From contig NC_043010.1 of the NCBI RefSeq assembly GCF_006345805.1, forward strand, positions 34,906,001 to 34,970,000: DNA of 64,000 nucleotides, read 5' to 3'. Both the position numbers and the translations under genes were made by a program. This document shows, piece after piece, positions 35,090 to 48,338 of this stretch (the first letter of the stretch is position 1; each line of letters opens with the position of its first letter). Source of the stretch: Octopus sinensis (lineage: Eukaryota). The notes below the pieces were generated by a model. The model made no database searches, was not told the DNA's origin, and was given only the letters and a program-made list of their open reading frames with translations.

Positions 35090-35308
35090 TGATTTGTTTA
35101 TAGTGTAGCTCACACTCTCCATCAAATCGATGTTGCCTGTAGCCTGAATAGGTGCACAGTGTACCATGTGTCAGGTCAAAGTGATTGCAGAGGAATGTGA
35201 GATGAAGTGTCTTTGCTCAAAAACACAATGCACCACCATGTCTAGGAATTGAAACTATGATCTCGCAATTGTGAGTGCAACACCCTAACCACTGGGCCAT
35301 GTATCCTG
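35090..35308 (-). mobile_element. SINE family D, diverged
   Basis: GTGTCTTTGCTCAAAAACACAATGCAC...GGAATTGAAAC...CCCTAACCACTGGGCCATG. Confidence 0.65.
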
Positions 35309-36815
35309 ACAATAATGATAATAATGATAATTTTTAAAACAGGCACAAGGTCGCAAATTTTGCATAAAAGGTACATACAATTAAACTTGATACCAATAAT
35401 TATTTGGTATTTTTACCTATTATTTACAGGTAAAAAGTCAACTATGACAATTGAACATAAACAGCAACAACAACAATAATAATAATAATAGTAATTTTTC
35501 CTCAATAATGACACAAGAAGTGTTGATATTATCACTTACATAGAAATTCTTCCCCAGTAGAATGTTTGCACTGATTTTTTTAATGCTTAAGAAACTCAAA
35601 AATTATGTATCAAACCAAAGGTGAGATTTGAACTCAGAACTTCAGAACTGCAGGAAAAAAATATCCAGTATAATGAAGTCTGGCACACTACCATCTCATT
35701 CATTCCCATTACCAAAAACAATGTTACTAACAAACATCATCTCTTCCACTGTTCTTAACATCTGTGCCAACACAACCTCTCTAAAACACAAATAAATCAA
35801 CTGACCTTGAGGGTCACAAAGGGGCAGGCGGGGGGGGGGGGGGAACAGGAAGGGAACGTGTCTTTTTGTAGGTAATTTGAAGAGGTTTTTGAATATCACA
35901 CTACTTGGTGAGAAGTGTGTCTGAGTGTGTGTGTGTGTGTGTGTGTGTAAATATGCACAGAGAAACACACATATAGTTTTCTAAGAACCTGAATGCATGC
36001 ATGTACACTTGTACTTATGCTTATGCATGCATCACTTTAAGTGTGTATGTTTGTGTATGTACACACACACATGTGTGTGTGTGTGTGTGACTATGCATGT
36101 CTGTAGGTAAGTGTATACATATCTATGCAAGTATATCTGTGTACACAGAAAAACACATACACACATGTGAATGTATATGTGTATTTTCAAATATATATAT
36201 ATATGATGATGATATATATATATATATACGTGTGTGTGTGTCAGGATGCCTACATTGAAGAGACTGATGATGTATGTGTGTAAAAGTATGTGTATGTGAA
36301 TCTTTGTATGTATGTGTGTGTGAATGAATGAATGGGTGTGTGCTTGCATGTGGACATGTATGCGAACGTATGTATCTGCTTGTATGTAAATCTCACATGT
36401 TCTGAAACACCTGTCTTTCCCATTTACTATCCTAGGCCTCTTAAAATGAGATCTTTCTTTACTTCTCTACTATATCTGAAGGGAGAGAAGATTCAATACA
36501 AGAAAGAAGGTCTATGTCTTACTTTTTCTTTCTTTCTTTCCTTCCTTTTTTACAGGTTTTTCCCAGTTTATTTTTTGGCACAGGTTCCAAAATGCAGACA
36601 TATCTTGAGGGTTAAGTATAAAGTGGCAGGCAGCTCAGAAAATTCTTAAGATTTAGCATATTTCTAGAAAAGCTTAACAAACTAGAGTTTTTTTGTTCTT
36701 TGTTTTTATTTTTGGTTGAGTTTTATACTAGAAAGATGGTGATAATGAAGGAAGAAGAAGTGTATGTATGAATGTATTAACATGTGTGCATACATTTATC
36801 TACACAAACACATAC

Positions 36816-36846
<31 letters not shown>

Positions 36847-37544
36847 AACATGTATACTTACATTCATACAAACATATATACATACATTCATACACATATA
36901 TATATATATATAAACATGTATACTTACATTCATACAAACATATATACATACATTCATACAAACATATATACATACATTCATACACATATAGGTACATACA
37001 TGTACATACATATACATAGAACATACCCACAGCATACATGCACACACACAATCATCATCATCATCATTGTCATCGTCATTAACATTGTCGTTTCATATCT
37101 GTCATGCTAGTACAGGTGAGATAGATTGTAATAGTCTGCATCATCATGCAACACTTAGACACAGAGAAAACCTTGCCAACTTTGGTGCTGTGCACATCTT
37201 GCAGTGTGGACTAGGTGTGTTTTTCTCATGCCATCAACATTCAGGGTATCGCCCCATTGCAAAGAGAGTTAAAGCATTCCCTCTATCCTATATCAGTTCT
37301 TTCTTGAGAGTTGTAGCCTTCCTTGACAAGTAACCAATGATGTGGCTTGCAGAAGATACATCACATTTGTCTGTTCCATTTCAGCTTGTCTTCTACAGCT
37401 GGATGCTCTTCCTATCACCAACCATTTTACAGTAACTATTAGCTTTTCAGGGAATTGTCCAAAGTAAGGAGAATGGAAGAATCTCACCGACTCTGTACTG
37501 GTTTATATTTTGGGTTACTGGTCTCCTAGATGAGTAGTTTGAGA

Positions 37545-37705
37545 TGTGGCTTATGAAGTACACTTCTTGTGCAAATATTTCCCCAACCACAAGGTTCCAG
37601 ATTTAGTGCCACTGCATGGTACCTTAGGCAAATGTCTTCTACTCCAGCCTCAGTCCAACCAAAGGCTTGTGAGTGAATTTGGTAGACAGAAACTGAAAGA
37701 AGCCC
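37545..37705 (+). mobile_element. SINE family A 5' half, truncated by an RTE insertion
   Basis: GGTACCTTAGGCAAATGTCTT...GTAGACAGAAACTGAAAGAAGCCC directly abuts the RTE (CAT)n tail. Confidence 0.7.
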
Positions 37706-37707
37706 AA

Positions 37708-40036
37708 CATCATCATCATTTAATGTCTGTTGTCCATGCTAGCATAAGTTGGATGGTTTGACTGGGCTGGCATGCTGGAAAGCTGCACCAGTCTGAATTT
37801 CTATGGTTTTCTATGGCTGGATGCCCTTTCTAATGCCAACCACTCCGAGAGTATAATGGGTGCTTTTATATGCCACCAGCATGGGTGCCATTTGCATGAC
37901 ACCACAGTGCTTTTACATGCACAGGTGCCAATTTGTGTATCTACTGTATCTGTATTTGTGTGACACTGGTATCTGCCATGACTGCGATTTTGCTCAGCTT
38001 GATGGGTCTTCTCAAGCACAACATAATGCCAAAGGTCTCACTTATTGCTTCCACAAGGCCCAACACTCAAAAGGAACTCAGCCACTTTGCCTCCATGAGG
38101 CCCAGTGCATGAAAGGTGTTCTTTACGTGCCACCACCACGAGTGCACTTGGCTTGATGAGTCCTCTCAAGCACAGCACATCGCTAAAGGTCTCGGTCACT
38201 AGTCATTGTCCCTGTGAGGCTCAAAGTTTAAAGCTCATGCTTCACCACCTTGTCCCATGTCTTCCTGGGTCTACCCCTACGACAGGTTCTCTCCACAGTT
38301 CTCTTCCATACACATCACATAACCATACCAGTGTAGTCATCTCTCTTGCACACCCTATCTGATGCCTCTTATGTCTAACGTTTTTCTCAAGATGCTTACA
38401 CTGACATGGCACATCCACTGAAGTATACTGGTTTCATTTGTTTCAAGCCTTCACATGTCCTTGGCTATCACAGCCCACATTTCACTGCCATGCAGCATAG
38501 CTGTTCGCACACAGGCATCAAACAATCTGCCTTTCACTCTGAGCAGGAGGCCCTTTGTTGCCAGCAGGGGTAGGAGCTCTCTGAACTTTTCCAATCCTAA
38601 TCTTATTCTCACAGCTACACTCTTGGAGCATCCATCTCTACTACTAACTTGGTCACCTAGATAACAGAAGCTATCTACTACCTCTAGCTTCCCCACCACC
38701 CCGGGCAGTTGATGGAGTCTATTTTCTGCACATTTTCAGCGTTTATTGTACCTGTGCATCTTCCACATACAAAAACTAGTTTCCCTGTTAACTTTCCTCT
38801 GATATAGCTGCACCTTTTATGTGTCCAAAAATAACACTAGGTGCATCTTATGAAGTTTCTACCTACACCCTTTCTACAGATCAAGCAGGGCCACCTACCT
38901 GAGGGGATTTCCTATTTGTCTACTTTCTTAGTTACTAAGACTTTGGTTTTTGTTAGGTTAACTCTAAGGCCCTTTGATTCTAGACTTTGCTTCCATAACT
39001 GGAATTTCTTCTCTAGTTCTCTGTTATTGCCTGAAGAACTATGATGAATGAGAGGAGGCTGAGCACTGATCCTTGTTGAATCCCTGCTTGTACTCTGAAT
39101 TCTTCACTTTACTCATTGCCAACCCTCACCTTACTGGTAGCATCCTTGTACAGCTCTCACCAACCACTCATCTATCACTAGGTTCTGCATTGACTACCAG
39201 ATAAGGGATCGGGGGACCATGTCAAAGGCTTTCTTCAACTCAACAAAGGCCAAGTACAGAAGTTTATCTTTGGCTATGTATTTCTCCTGCAGCTGTATTA
39301 CCAGAAATATAATATCAGTGACACAAAACCAAACTTCATCTCATCTAAGCTAACTCTCTCCCTAATTAGTTGAGCCATGACTCACTCTGTAACTTTCATT
39401 GCCTGATCCAGCAATTTGATACTTCTGTAATTATTTCTATCTAAGGCATCATCTTTAATTTTATCACAGTTGACTTTGGCGCTGCTTCGACAGTCATTGG
39501 GTATGACTCCTTCATGAACCACCTGATTTACAATACAGATGACTAGACTATAACCCACATTGCCAGATATTTTAAGCATCTCAGCGGAGATTCCTGATGA
39601 GCTGGGGGCTTGTCTTCATATCCTTAATTGCTTTATCTCTCATGGAACTGTCAATTCGGGTATGTGGTCCCTCAACTGGGTCAACAGTTGGCAGACGCTT
39701 CTCCTCCCACTTATTCTGTATGTTCAGCAGTCTTTCATAATGGCATTTCTAAGCCTCTTACTTTGCAGAATCATTACATGCAAGTTCACCATCATCCATA
39801 CTCTCTTTTTCTTTTACTCTCTTTTACTTGTTTCAGTCATTTGACTGCAGCCATGCTGGAGCACCACCTTTAGTCGAGCAAATTGACCCCAGGACTTATT
39901 CTTTGTAAGCCTAGTACTTATTCTATTGGCCTCTTTTGCCAAACTGCTAAGTTACGGGGACATAAACACACCACTATCGGTTGTCAAGCGATGTTGGGGT
40001 GACAAACACAGACATACAAACACACACACACACACA

Positions 40037-40091
<55 letters not shown>

Positions 40092-40094
40092 GCA

Positions 40095-40126
<32 letters not shown>

Positions 40127-40675
40127 CACACATATATATGACAGGCTTCTTTCAGTTTCTATCTACCAACTCCACTCACAAGGCTTTGGTCGGCCCAAGG
40201 CTATTGTAGAAGACACTTTCCCAAGGTGCCATGCAGTGGGAATGAACCCAGAACCATGTGGTTGGTAAGCAAGCTACTTAGCACACAGCCACTCCTGCGC
40301 CACTACAGACACATTTCTCTCCTACGACATCACAATTTTCTCTCACACACCGTCTTGCAATCTGAAACACTTCAGTTCTTTCATCCTCACATCACTGAAC
40401 ATAGACAAATTCTTTTCTGCTTCTCCCTTGGCTAGACACACTTGTCTCCTAGCAGCCCTTCTGGCAATCTGATACAGTTTCCTGCTATCTCCATTCTTCC
40501 AGGCCTTCCAGGTCTGTTTCTTAACTCTAATGGCCCTGTCATTGTTCCACTACCACATTACCCTAGGTCTGGATGGGACACTGCACCAGCCACAGATTTG
40601 GTCTGTGGCACTCAGCAATCTGTCCCTCAGGAATTCCCAGCTGTCCTCTATGTCGCAAGTCTGTAGCTCCCCTCA
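37708..40675 (-). mobile_element. RTE-clade LINE, 5'-truncated and decayed: linker, RT, C-terminus, 3' UTR and (GAT)n tail; interrupted by SINE A at 39806-40300
   Basis: MLKISGNVGYSLV...DALDRNNYRSIKLLDQAMKV; KKAFD; GIQQGSVLS; LEVVDSFCYLGD...KFRELLPLL...RTAMLHGSE; stops and frameshifts throughout. Confidence 0.9.
39806..40300 (-). mobile_element. SINE family A, full-length young copy inserted into the RTE ORF
   Basis: RTE reading EKCV|MDDG is split at the insertion; internal (CA)n(CACG)n tract. Confidence 0.9.
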
Positions 40676-40733
40676 TTGTAATAGCAGTTAAGAGTCAAAG
40701 AAAGAGAGAATGAGAACTAAGAATTCATCTTAC

Positions 40734-40871
40734 CTTAGACGTTATCACATGACCATTATGTTTCTCTGTACTATTTTCATTACAATCCATAGCCACATTG
40801 CAGCCAACTGTTTGTTGATTGGGTGTTTGAGATAACTGAATACATCAAATCATCACTAGTCAAGGGGGTCA
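40734..40871 (-). other. Candidate 138-nt spliced exon carrying a possible start codon (ATG at 40790; MDCNENSTEKHNGHVITSK)
   Basis: Acceptor CTTTTCCCATTGTTTTTTTTCAG, donor AAG|GTAAGA, GCTATGG start context; no recognised homology. Confidence 0.22.
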
Positions 40872-41027
40872 CTGAAAAAAAACAATGGGAAAAGTACCTA
40901 TGTAAAAGGGTCAGTTAGAACAGTTTAAATCAAGGGCTTATTTTATTGTATGTATGTATGTATGTATGTATGTGTATGTGTATATATATATATATATATA
41001 TATGTATGCATGTATGTATGTATCAAA

Positions 41028-42275
41028 TTGGGTCATCCCATAAATAATGCGGTTTTTTTATACCTCTTTTATTTTTGAAAATTAAGATGACAAAGTTCTT
41101 TTTTAATATAAAATATACTCTCCTTCATTTTCTACAATGCTCTACCATCTATCTCGTAGACTTGCAAGGTTCCTCTTCCAAAATTCACTTGTCCATGACA
41201 AAAAATACTCCCCTACTACTGTTCTGACCTCATCTACAGAGTTCATATTTTTTCTGTTCAAATGATTTTGAAGACTGCAGAATAAATGATAATCAGATGG
41301 GGTAATGTCTGGCAAATATGGTGGGTGGGGCATTGTCTCCCATTCAAACTGCTCCAGCCTTTGGAATGTCATCCTTGATGTATGTGGCTGAGCATTATCC
41401 GGATGGAAGAACACCTTCCGTCTTGAAAGGAAAGATGATCATTTTTCTTCTAGTGCTGAGTTAAACTGCTCAAACTGCTCTCAGTAGATCTCCTTTGGTA
41501 TCATTTAGTTTGGGTTTAAAAGTTCAAAGTGGACTGAATCTTTCATATCCCACCAATCAGATAATAACACCTTAGTTGGGTGAAGATCTTTAGCCTGGGG
41601 TGGCAATGTTTCTCCTTTCCCTACCCACAGTCTTCAGCACTTAGTATTTTTATAGAGGGCCCATTTCTCATCACCAGTTACTATTGACAGCAAAGAAGAG
41701 CACACATTCATTCTCTGCATGCGATTTGACTCGGAAAGTTTGTAAGGAACCCACTGACCCTATTTGCTGACTTTTCCAATGGCACGCAGGTATCAATGAA
41801 TGATTAAATGACCAAATCCAAGCTTCTCTGCTAGTTCCTCAACAGTTACAATGGGATTTTGTTCCACCAGGGTTTGCAGGATGTCCTCATCAAGCTTTAC
41901 AGATCTTCCAGGATGAGGCTCATCTTCTATGCTGTAGTTTCCGGCTCTCAAATTGTGGAACCACTGTTGACATTGGCTTATGCTTATTGTCTAATCCCCA
42001 TATACTGCATTAATATTCCTTGCACTTTCCATTGTGTTGATGCCTTTATTGAACTCATAAAGCAAAATATGCCGAATATGCTCCTTTGTCACTTCCATTA
42101 TAGCTTTGAAAAAATAACTGTTAAAATCGGACTGCACTCTTCAAAACTTGCACTAAGAATAAGTACAAGGTAAAATTACTACCTGCTTTTATAGCACGTT
42201 GATGCAGATAGTTTATCCTATCCTCCTCTGACTTATAGTTCATGCAATTGAAAAAACTGCATTATTCATGGGATG

Positions 42276-42281
<6 letters not shown>
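41028..42281 (-). mobile_element. Full-length mariner (D34D) transposon, inactive, 1254 bp
   Basis: TIRs ATTGGGTCATCCCATAAATAATGCGGTTTTTT (41027-41058) and its inverse at 42251-42282 (29/32 match); TA at the right end. Confidence 0.92.
41103..42098 (-). pseudogene. Mariner transposase pseudogene (N-terminus resembles mellifera/cecropia-type transposases)
   Basis: MEVTKEHIRHILLYEFNKG...; GDEKWALYKN; DNAQPH-(34 aa spacing)-HPPYLPDITPSDY; in-frame stops and frameshifts. Confidence 0.9.
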
Positions 42282-42341
<60 letters not shown>

Positions 42342-42344
<3 letters not shown>

Positions 42345-43068
42345 GATGGGTGGAAAGTAACTAGGCATTAGAAATTGCTTATAGAATTGTCAGTATCACT
42401 GAAGTTATGATGAAAACATTTTTTTAAATAGACAACACTAATGGTGATTTCTTATTGTCTTATTTCTTATTTCCCAGATGGCTGGTCGCCTGACTGCCCA
42501 GGAGTGAGCTAAGAGAGCATGCTATGAAGTGTGAAATTTCATTGGTTTGGTTCAGAGCTGGTGGCATGCATGGAAAGTAAGCATGCAACATTACATCCAG
42601 AGACTAAAAAGTTGTCATGCAAAGCTGATGACCACAGGCTCTGTTAATGATGCAAGAAAAAGTGGCTGTCCAATCACATTCCAATCAGCAGAGAATGTGG
42701 CAACAGTGCAGGAGATGCTTAATTGCAGCCTGCAAAAATCAACACATCAAGCAGCTTGTGAAAGTGGACTAACAAGGTACACAACAGGTACAGTGTTGCA
42801 TAAAGAATTAAATTTTCATCCGTGGAAACCCCATTACATGCAGGAGCTAAAACCTGAAGTCTGTGACTGCAGAATGGAATATGGAGAGTTAATGCTAGGA
42901 TGATATGAAGATTGGCCTGAACTGTTTGCAAACATCCTCTGGAGTGATGAGGCTGGGATGTTATAATACCAATCGCACACTGGAGGACTTGGAGACACAG
43001 ATTCAGGAGATTCTCAATGATAACCCAGATGACGTCCTTCAGAAGGTTGTTCATTCCATCTCTGGTCA
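42342..43068 (+). mobile_element. Second Tc1/mariner-superfamily element (DUF4817-type HTH), internally deleted and 3'-truncated
   Basis: TA|CAGGATGGGTGG start; TGSVNDARKSG...FHPWKPHYMQELK...ILWSDEA, then a jump to the C-terminal RTLEDLETQIQEIL; no right TIR found. Confidence 0.8.
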
Positions 43069-43821
43069 CAATACCCTTAAAGCCAGGATCTTTTCAGCAT
43101 CCCTTTGTATAACTAATGGAATATTTCACGCAATATAAGAGAAATCAGTTAAAAATTGTTTAGTTTATGTCACAGCACCTTTTTTTTATGTTCTTACTCC
43201 TCCTAACTTCAGAAGGTTGGCTATGCCTTTGGTGCCATCCAGAAGGACTTACCTAGAGTCATCATCAAAATGGTAGGAGGTTTCTAAGGATTAGTGCTTA
43301 GTCCCAGTTCCACAATGACTGCCAAATAAGAGATAAATCTTCCCCTAGAGAGGAAACTAGTCTATTGCAAGTTAACTTTTCTCACTGCAGGAAATTAACT
43401 CAGCATTAAAAGACCTAGAATGGAAATTATCAAATGTTACTGCCACTCCTAATTGAGAGTATGTGCTCTCTCTCAGAGGATTTATAAAAACTGGAGATAT
43501 GACAAAATTACTACAATCATATACTGATAAATCTGTATGAAATTTGGATTTGAGCATGAGGGAAAAGGGCATGACCATAAAATAGAGCATATCCTTTAGG
43601 CAAATAGAACATTCATACCCAAATGTTGTCACACTCAGCAAAGAGGAATGTTACATAATGTGTTGCTTGCTCATTTGATACAAGAACAGCTGACTAAGAA
43701 TGTGAGAAAACACCAAAATACCAGGACCTACATTATGAACTTCAGAAAATTTGAAATGGCTGTAAAGCTATCATTGTACCAATTATAGCAGGAGCATTCG
43801 GAACAGTTGCAAAGAATTTAA

Positions 43822-44005
43822 CCCTTTTGAGACCAATCTATTTGAAACTGCTCTGAGTCTATTATACAAACTTCCTGCTTTAAAGGAATCTAAATTAAAA
43901 ATTGCTATCAAAATTTTACATTAATTTATTTCCCAAACAACAACTTGATAATGACAGATATTTTACTAAATTGTTTGTTATTTTCAAAATCAATGGAAAC
44001 ATGCT
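43822..44005. mobile_element. piggyBac-like MITE, reverse-orientation relative of 2499-2939, without the nested insert
   Basis: TTAA|CCCTTTTGAGACCAA...ACAAACTTCCTGCTTTAAAGGAATCTAAATT. Confidence 0.65.
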
Positions 44006-44399
44006 AACAAATGTGTCAAATTGAGGATGTTGGATACTGAGATGAATTTCCTGATTCTTTTGAAAACCTGTTCACCTGGCATCAAATTGAATGTAGTAAA
44101 GGAGCTAGATACCAGAGATTGTTGGGTGCAACTTCATATTTGATAATCCAAAACTGAGAGAACAATAAAGAATTTACTATGCTGAGTGAACAAAAGGAAC
44201 GATAATAATGTTTAGTGACCTTGATACAAGGCCACAAATGTGTAATGGAAGGGATTTTGTGATTGTGTCAGCATCATAAATTATTGATATTTGATCTGTA
44301 TGAGAGAAATAAAAGTCAAAAATGACCCACAGCAAATTTGGAACTCAGATCACTAAGAGATATAGCTAAAATATTGAATCTATTTTAAAATCAAGTATT

Positions 44400-45240
44400 C
44401 TTTTAATAATCTACTTTATGCACAAGGCCAGAAATTTTTGAGGGAAGGGATTTGTTGATGTTACCCCAGTACTTGATTGGTACTTTAAACAATGCTGAAA
44501 TGATGAAAGGCACAGTTGACTCAAGCAGGATTTGAACCCAGAATGTAGAATCAAGAGAAATACAACTATGTATTTATTCTGACACTATAATGGTTCTGCC
44601 ATCTCACCACTGCACCCCCGCCTACCGAAAATAATAGTGATTATGATGATTTGTTACATACACACAAGGCCCTCAGATTTGTAAAAACGAGTAGAGTTGG
44701 TTATATTAACTGGACAGGTACTTCCATTTTATCAATCCCAAAAGAATACAAGATGTAATTAACCCTAGTTGGATTTGAACTCAGAATATAAAGTGGAACT
44801 GATGATAAAAATAACAATCTTTGACATTGGTATATGGTCACAAAGTTTGAGACAGAGAACAGTCATCTCAAATGACTGCTCAATATTTCACTGGTATTTT
44901 TTTTATTGAACCCAACAAGAAATATAAAGCCAGCCCTGTCAGAATTTGAACTCAGAATACCAAGAGAAGAGGCATTACTAAATACCACAACGCATTTCAT
45001 ATGTTGTCTCAGTAGATTCTGCAACTCAAAATTTTACCTACCACTGGCACAAGTCCATTAGTCTTTTATGCAGTGTATATAAGTTAAATTAGTATTCAGT
45101 ATATGACTGGTACATATTTTGTCAGTCCCTTGAAGGATGAAAGCCAAAGTTAAACCCTGGTGAGATTTGATAATAAAATCAATGGTATGTAACCTAATAC
45201 CACATGGCATTTAATCTGACATCACCACCACTGCCACTAT
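44400..45240 (-). mobile_element. Array of about four old SINE family B copies in the same orientation
   Basis: Repeated RCACAAGGCC...CTGGTA...GGATTTGAACTCAGAAT blocks at about 200-bp spacing. Confidence 0.65.
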
Positions 45241-46014
45241 TACTGTCTCTGCCAATCCTCATTTCAGGATATGTTATTAGCAAACTGAAATCCTCCAAAT
45301 GTTAATTAATCAATTTTCCATGAACACTTTCTGATATTCCATTAATTTCATCAGCGAAACTTCCTGAAAATTAGCTTGGTACAAAGACAGACAGAATAGA
45401 AAAATCTTACTATAAAAAGATATCACATGATAAGACTACGCAGTGGTAACTGCACAAAATGTTGAAGTTGTATGATGCTGCAATGATGCACATTAACACT
45501 GACAATAGTGGCCGCTGCTACTACTATTACTGCTACTACCTAGGTATTTGTATAATACCTCTGTCTATTGCATGTTTTCTACCATGTTTATACAAACCTA
45601 GTTTATAGTGAGCCAACAAAGGAGCCTTTAAGCAGTAACTCAAAATGCTAGAAATAGTAGCTAAATATCAGCCTACCATCTGAAAGGTACAGTGTGTGTG
45701 AAGAAGGAAAAAACAAGGCGTAGGGTGGTCAAAAATGCAGTACCTATGATCATAGATGTACTGAGTAATGGATAACTGGGGAAGGGGTTCATAAATAGCA
45801 ATAACCTGGTTTGTAACCTCATTTAAATATTTATCTTCTAATACAACGATCAAGTTTACCCCAAAATTGAGTACACCCTGCTTCACTATGCAAAATATGC
45901 CAGTTTTACATGTGTGTGTGTGTGTATATATATAAATAAATAAATAAATAAATATATATATATATAAAGAGAGAGAGAGAGAGAGCTATGAAGGTATGCA
46001 TATACGTGTGCATA

Positions 46015-46054
<40 letters not shown>

Positions 46055-46132
46055 GCTATGAAGGTATGTGTATATATGAATGTGTGTATATATATATATT
46101 TATATATCTATGAAGGTGTGTATATCTATGCA

Positions 46133-46176
<44 letters not shown>

Positions 46177-48301
46177 CATTCATAGCTATATATAAATATA
46201 TATATACAAATAAAGGTAGGTGTGTATGTATATATACGTATGTATATATATATCTATATATGTGTATAGATATGAATGTGTATATGTGTATGTGTGTGTA
46301 TTAATATACACATGTTTACATTGTGAATGAATGGATGGGTGTCGTGTTGGTTTTGATAAATGGGGTCCCAGTTATTTATCTATCCAACTACACATTGTAT
46401 GATGGTGTAAACGGCTGAGTATTCCACAGACACTCTTACTAGTTTAAACATAATCCTGAGACAGGCATGTCATTGCCTTTGTATGTGTATGTCAAAACTG
46501 GACCTTTTGAATGACAGCTACAATGCATCCTTCTAATCAGATTCCATACCGTTTCTTTTGACCCAGTTTCAGTCAGAAGGCTTGGGTCAGCCTGCAGGTC
46601 TTTCCTGAAGTGCTCTGCAGTGGGATCAAACCCCGAGCAATAGGGATGAGAAGCAAAACTTCTTAACCAATCAGCTTTACACCCAACTCTGGAAAAGTAA
46701 CTTAAAACCAAGTAATTCATATTCTTTTCAGCTGAGTCCCCTGTTCAAGCTGTAAGTAGGCACCATGGAGATTGAACTCCCCACTGTAGGAGGTGGTAGC
46801 ACCACAAAATTTCAAAGGGGCTCAGTAGCTGAAATTGCTGAGCTCAACTCTCTCTATTGGGAAATTATCCTCAATGCTATCAAGAAGGGTGGCACAGAGG
46901 GTCAGTTACCCAACTACCCATCTACCCTATTATCTAACCCTACATATAGTGATGTTGAAAACAACAGTAGACATTTGTGTCAAGGTTGCATTCATCACAG
47001 ACCCTGGGAAGATGAAGAATAGGGAGAAGGAGGGACTAATAGGAAATACATGCATTTCAGAGCCTCCACCACATGTGTATGCGCTTACAGACCCAGAGAT
47101 ATATCATCAAAGTCAGACAAAAAATGCACACACACACACACACACACAAACACACAAGAGTGAGGGAGAGAGTGAGAGACGCATAGAGAGAGTTGAATAT
47201 TAAGAGAGACATACAGTTAGAGACACAAAGAAAGAGAGATTGAGAGAGAAGCAGTATATTTTCTTATCTATTTACAAACACATTATATTATCCAGTTATA
47301 CGTATGTCATATGACATTTTACAAAGCCATTTTACATGTTTGCTTATTTATCATAATGAACTCTTCACTCATGGTGTATCTTATTGTGGGGACTCTAGGG
47401 AAACTCATAAATAATTTTGAGGAGAGAGAGAGGAGGGAAAGGAGATGGTTATAGAGAAGTAAAAAAAAGACTGAAAGAGAGAGTACATGTATTTGGCAAA
47501 ATGAGGATCATGATTTCAACTTCTTGGAGTCTCATCAGGTGTTGAGTAGCCAAGGTGATGCACCCTCCCTCATTGAGTAATGAACAGCATATAGGTAGTC
47601 TATGGCCAGTTGTCAGACACTGGTGTAAGCTTAATATTAAACAAGGGAGAGTGATTAAACAAAGTATAATGCTGTATATCAAATATATTAGCGGTCTGTA
47701 TAATGTTGTGTTTAATCTGGTTATAAAATGATTTGAGGATTAAAATATCCAAGTTAGACATTGAGACAGAAATAGAAAAAAAGAGAGAGAAGGATGGGAA
47801 GAGAGAGCAGGAAAGAGGGAGAGGAAGGTAAAGAGAAATAGAGGAGAGGGAGAGAGAGAGAGAGAAGTACGAAAAGAAATAGAACAAGAGATAAAAGAGA
47901 AAAGAGAGAGATCTTGGGAAAAGAAAGAGAGGTTGGAAAAGAAAAGAAGGTGGGTAGAGAGAAAGAGAGAGAGAGAGAGAGAGACATGTATAAAGATAAA
48001 GACAAAGAAATTTTTTAAAAAGTGAAATAACAAAAATAGTGAGAAAGTAAGAAAGATATAGAAAACATAGGAGAAAGGAAGGTGTTTTAAATGAGAGAAA
48101 GAGTGTGTTGCAGGGCACGTGTTTGGAAACTAGAAGCTTCTGATTTCATATCTATTTGGATTTTCATCAGACCTGTCTATCCAAGGCCACATGTTTGCTC
48201 TCTCTCACTCTCTCTCTCTCTCTCTCTCCCTCTTTCTCGCCCATTCTGTCTTTCTCTCCTCCTGGATGTTCAATTAAACACAAACTATCATGTAACATAA
48301 C

Positions 48302-48338
<37 letters not shown>

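Noticed and set aside
35802-35835. Everted nuclear-receptor half-sites TGACCT-TGA-GGGTCA next to a G-run
   Set aside because: Short motif expected by chance in 64 kb; no supporting context.
41103-42098. Active or domesticated (SETMAR-like) transposase
   Set aside because: Multiple stops and frameshifts, TIRs still present, no SET domain nearby.
41859-42173. 104-aa + strand ORF
   Set aside because: Antisense to the mariner transposase.
46765-47203. 85-aa and 122-aa ORFs as a host gene
   Set aside because: No recognisable motif; they run into microsatellite; probably an unidentified old repeat.
48135-48175. Second hammerhead (minus-strand CTGATGA...GAAA)
   Set aside because: No G10.1-C11.1 pair or convincing stem II, and no stem I or stem III complementarity.
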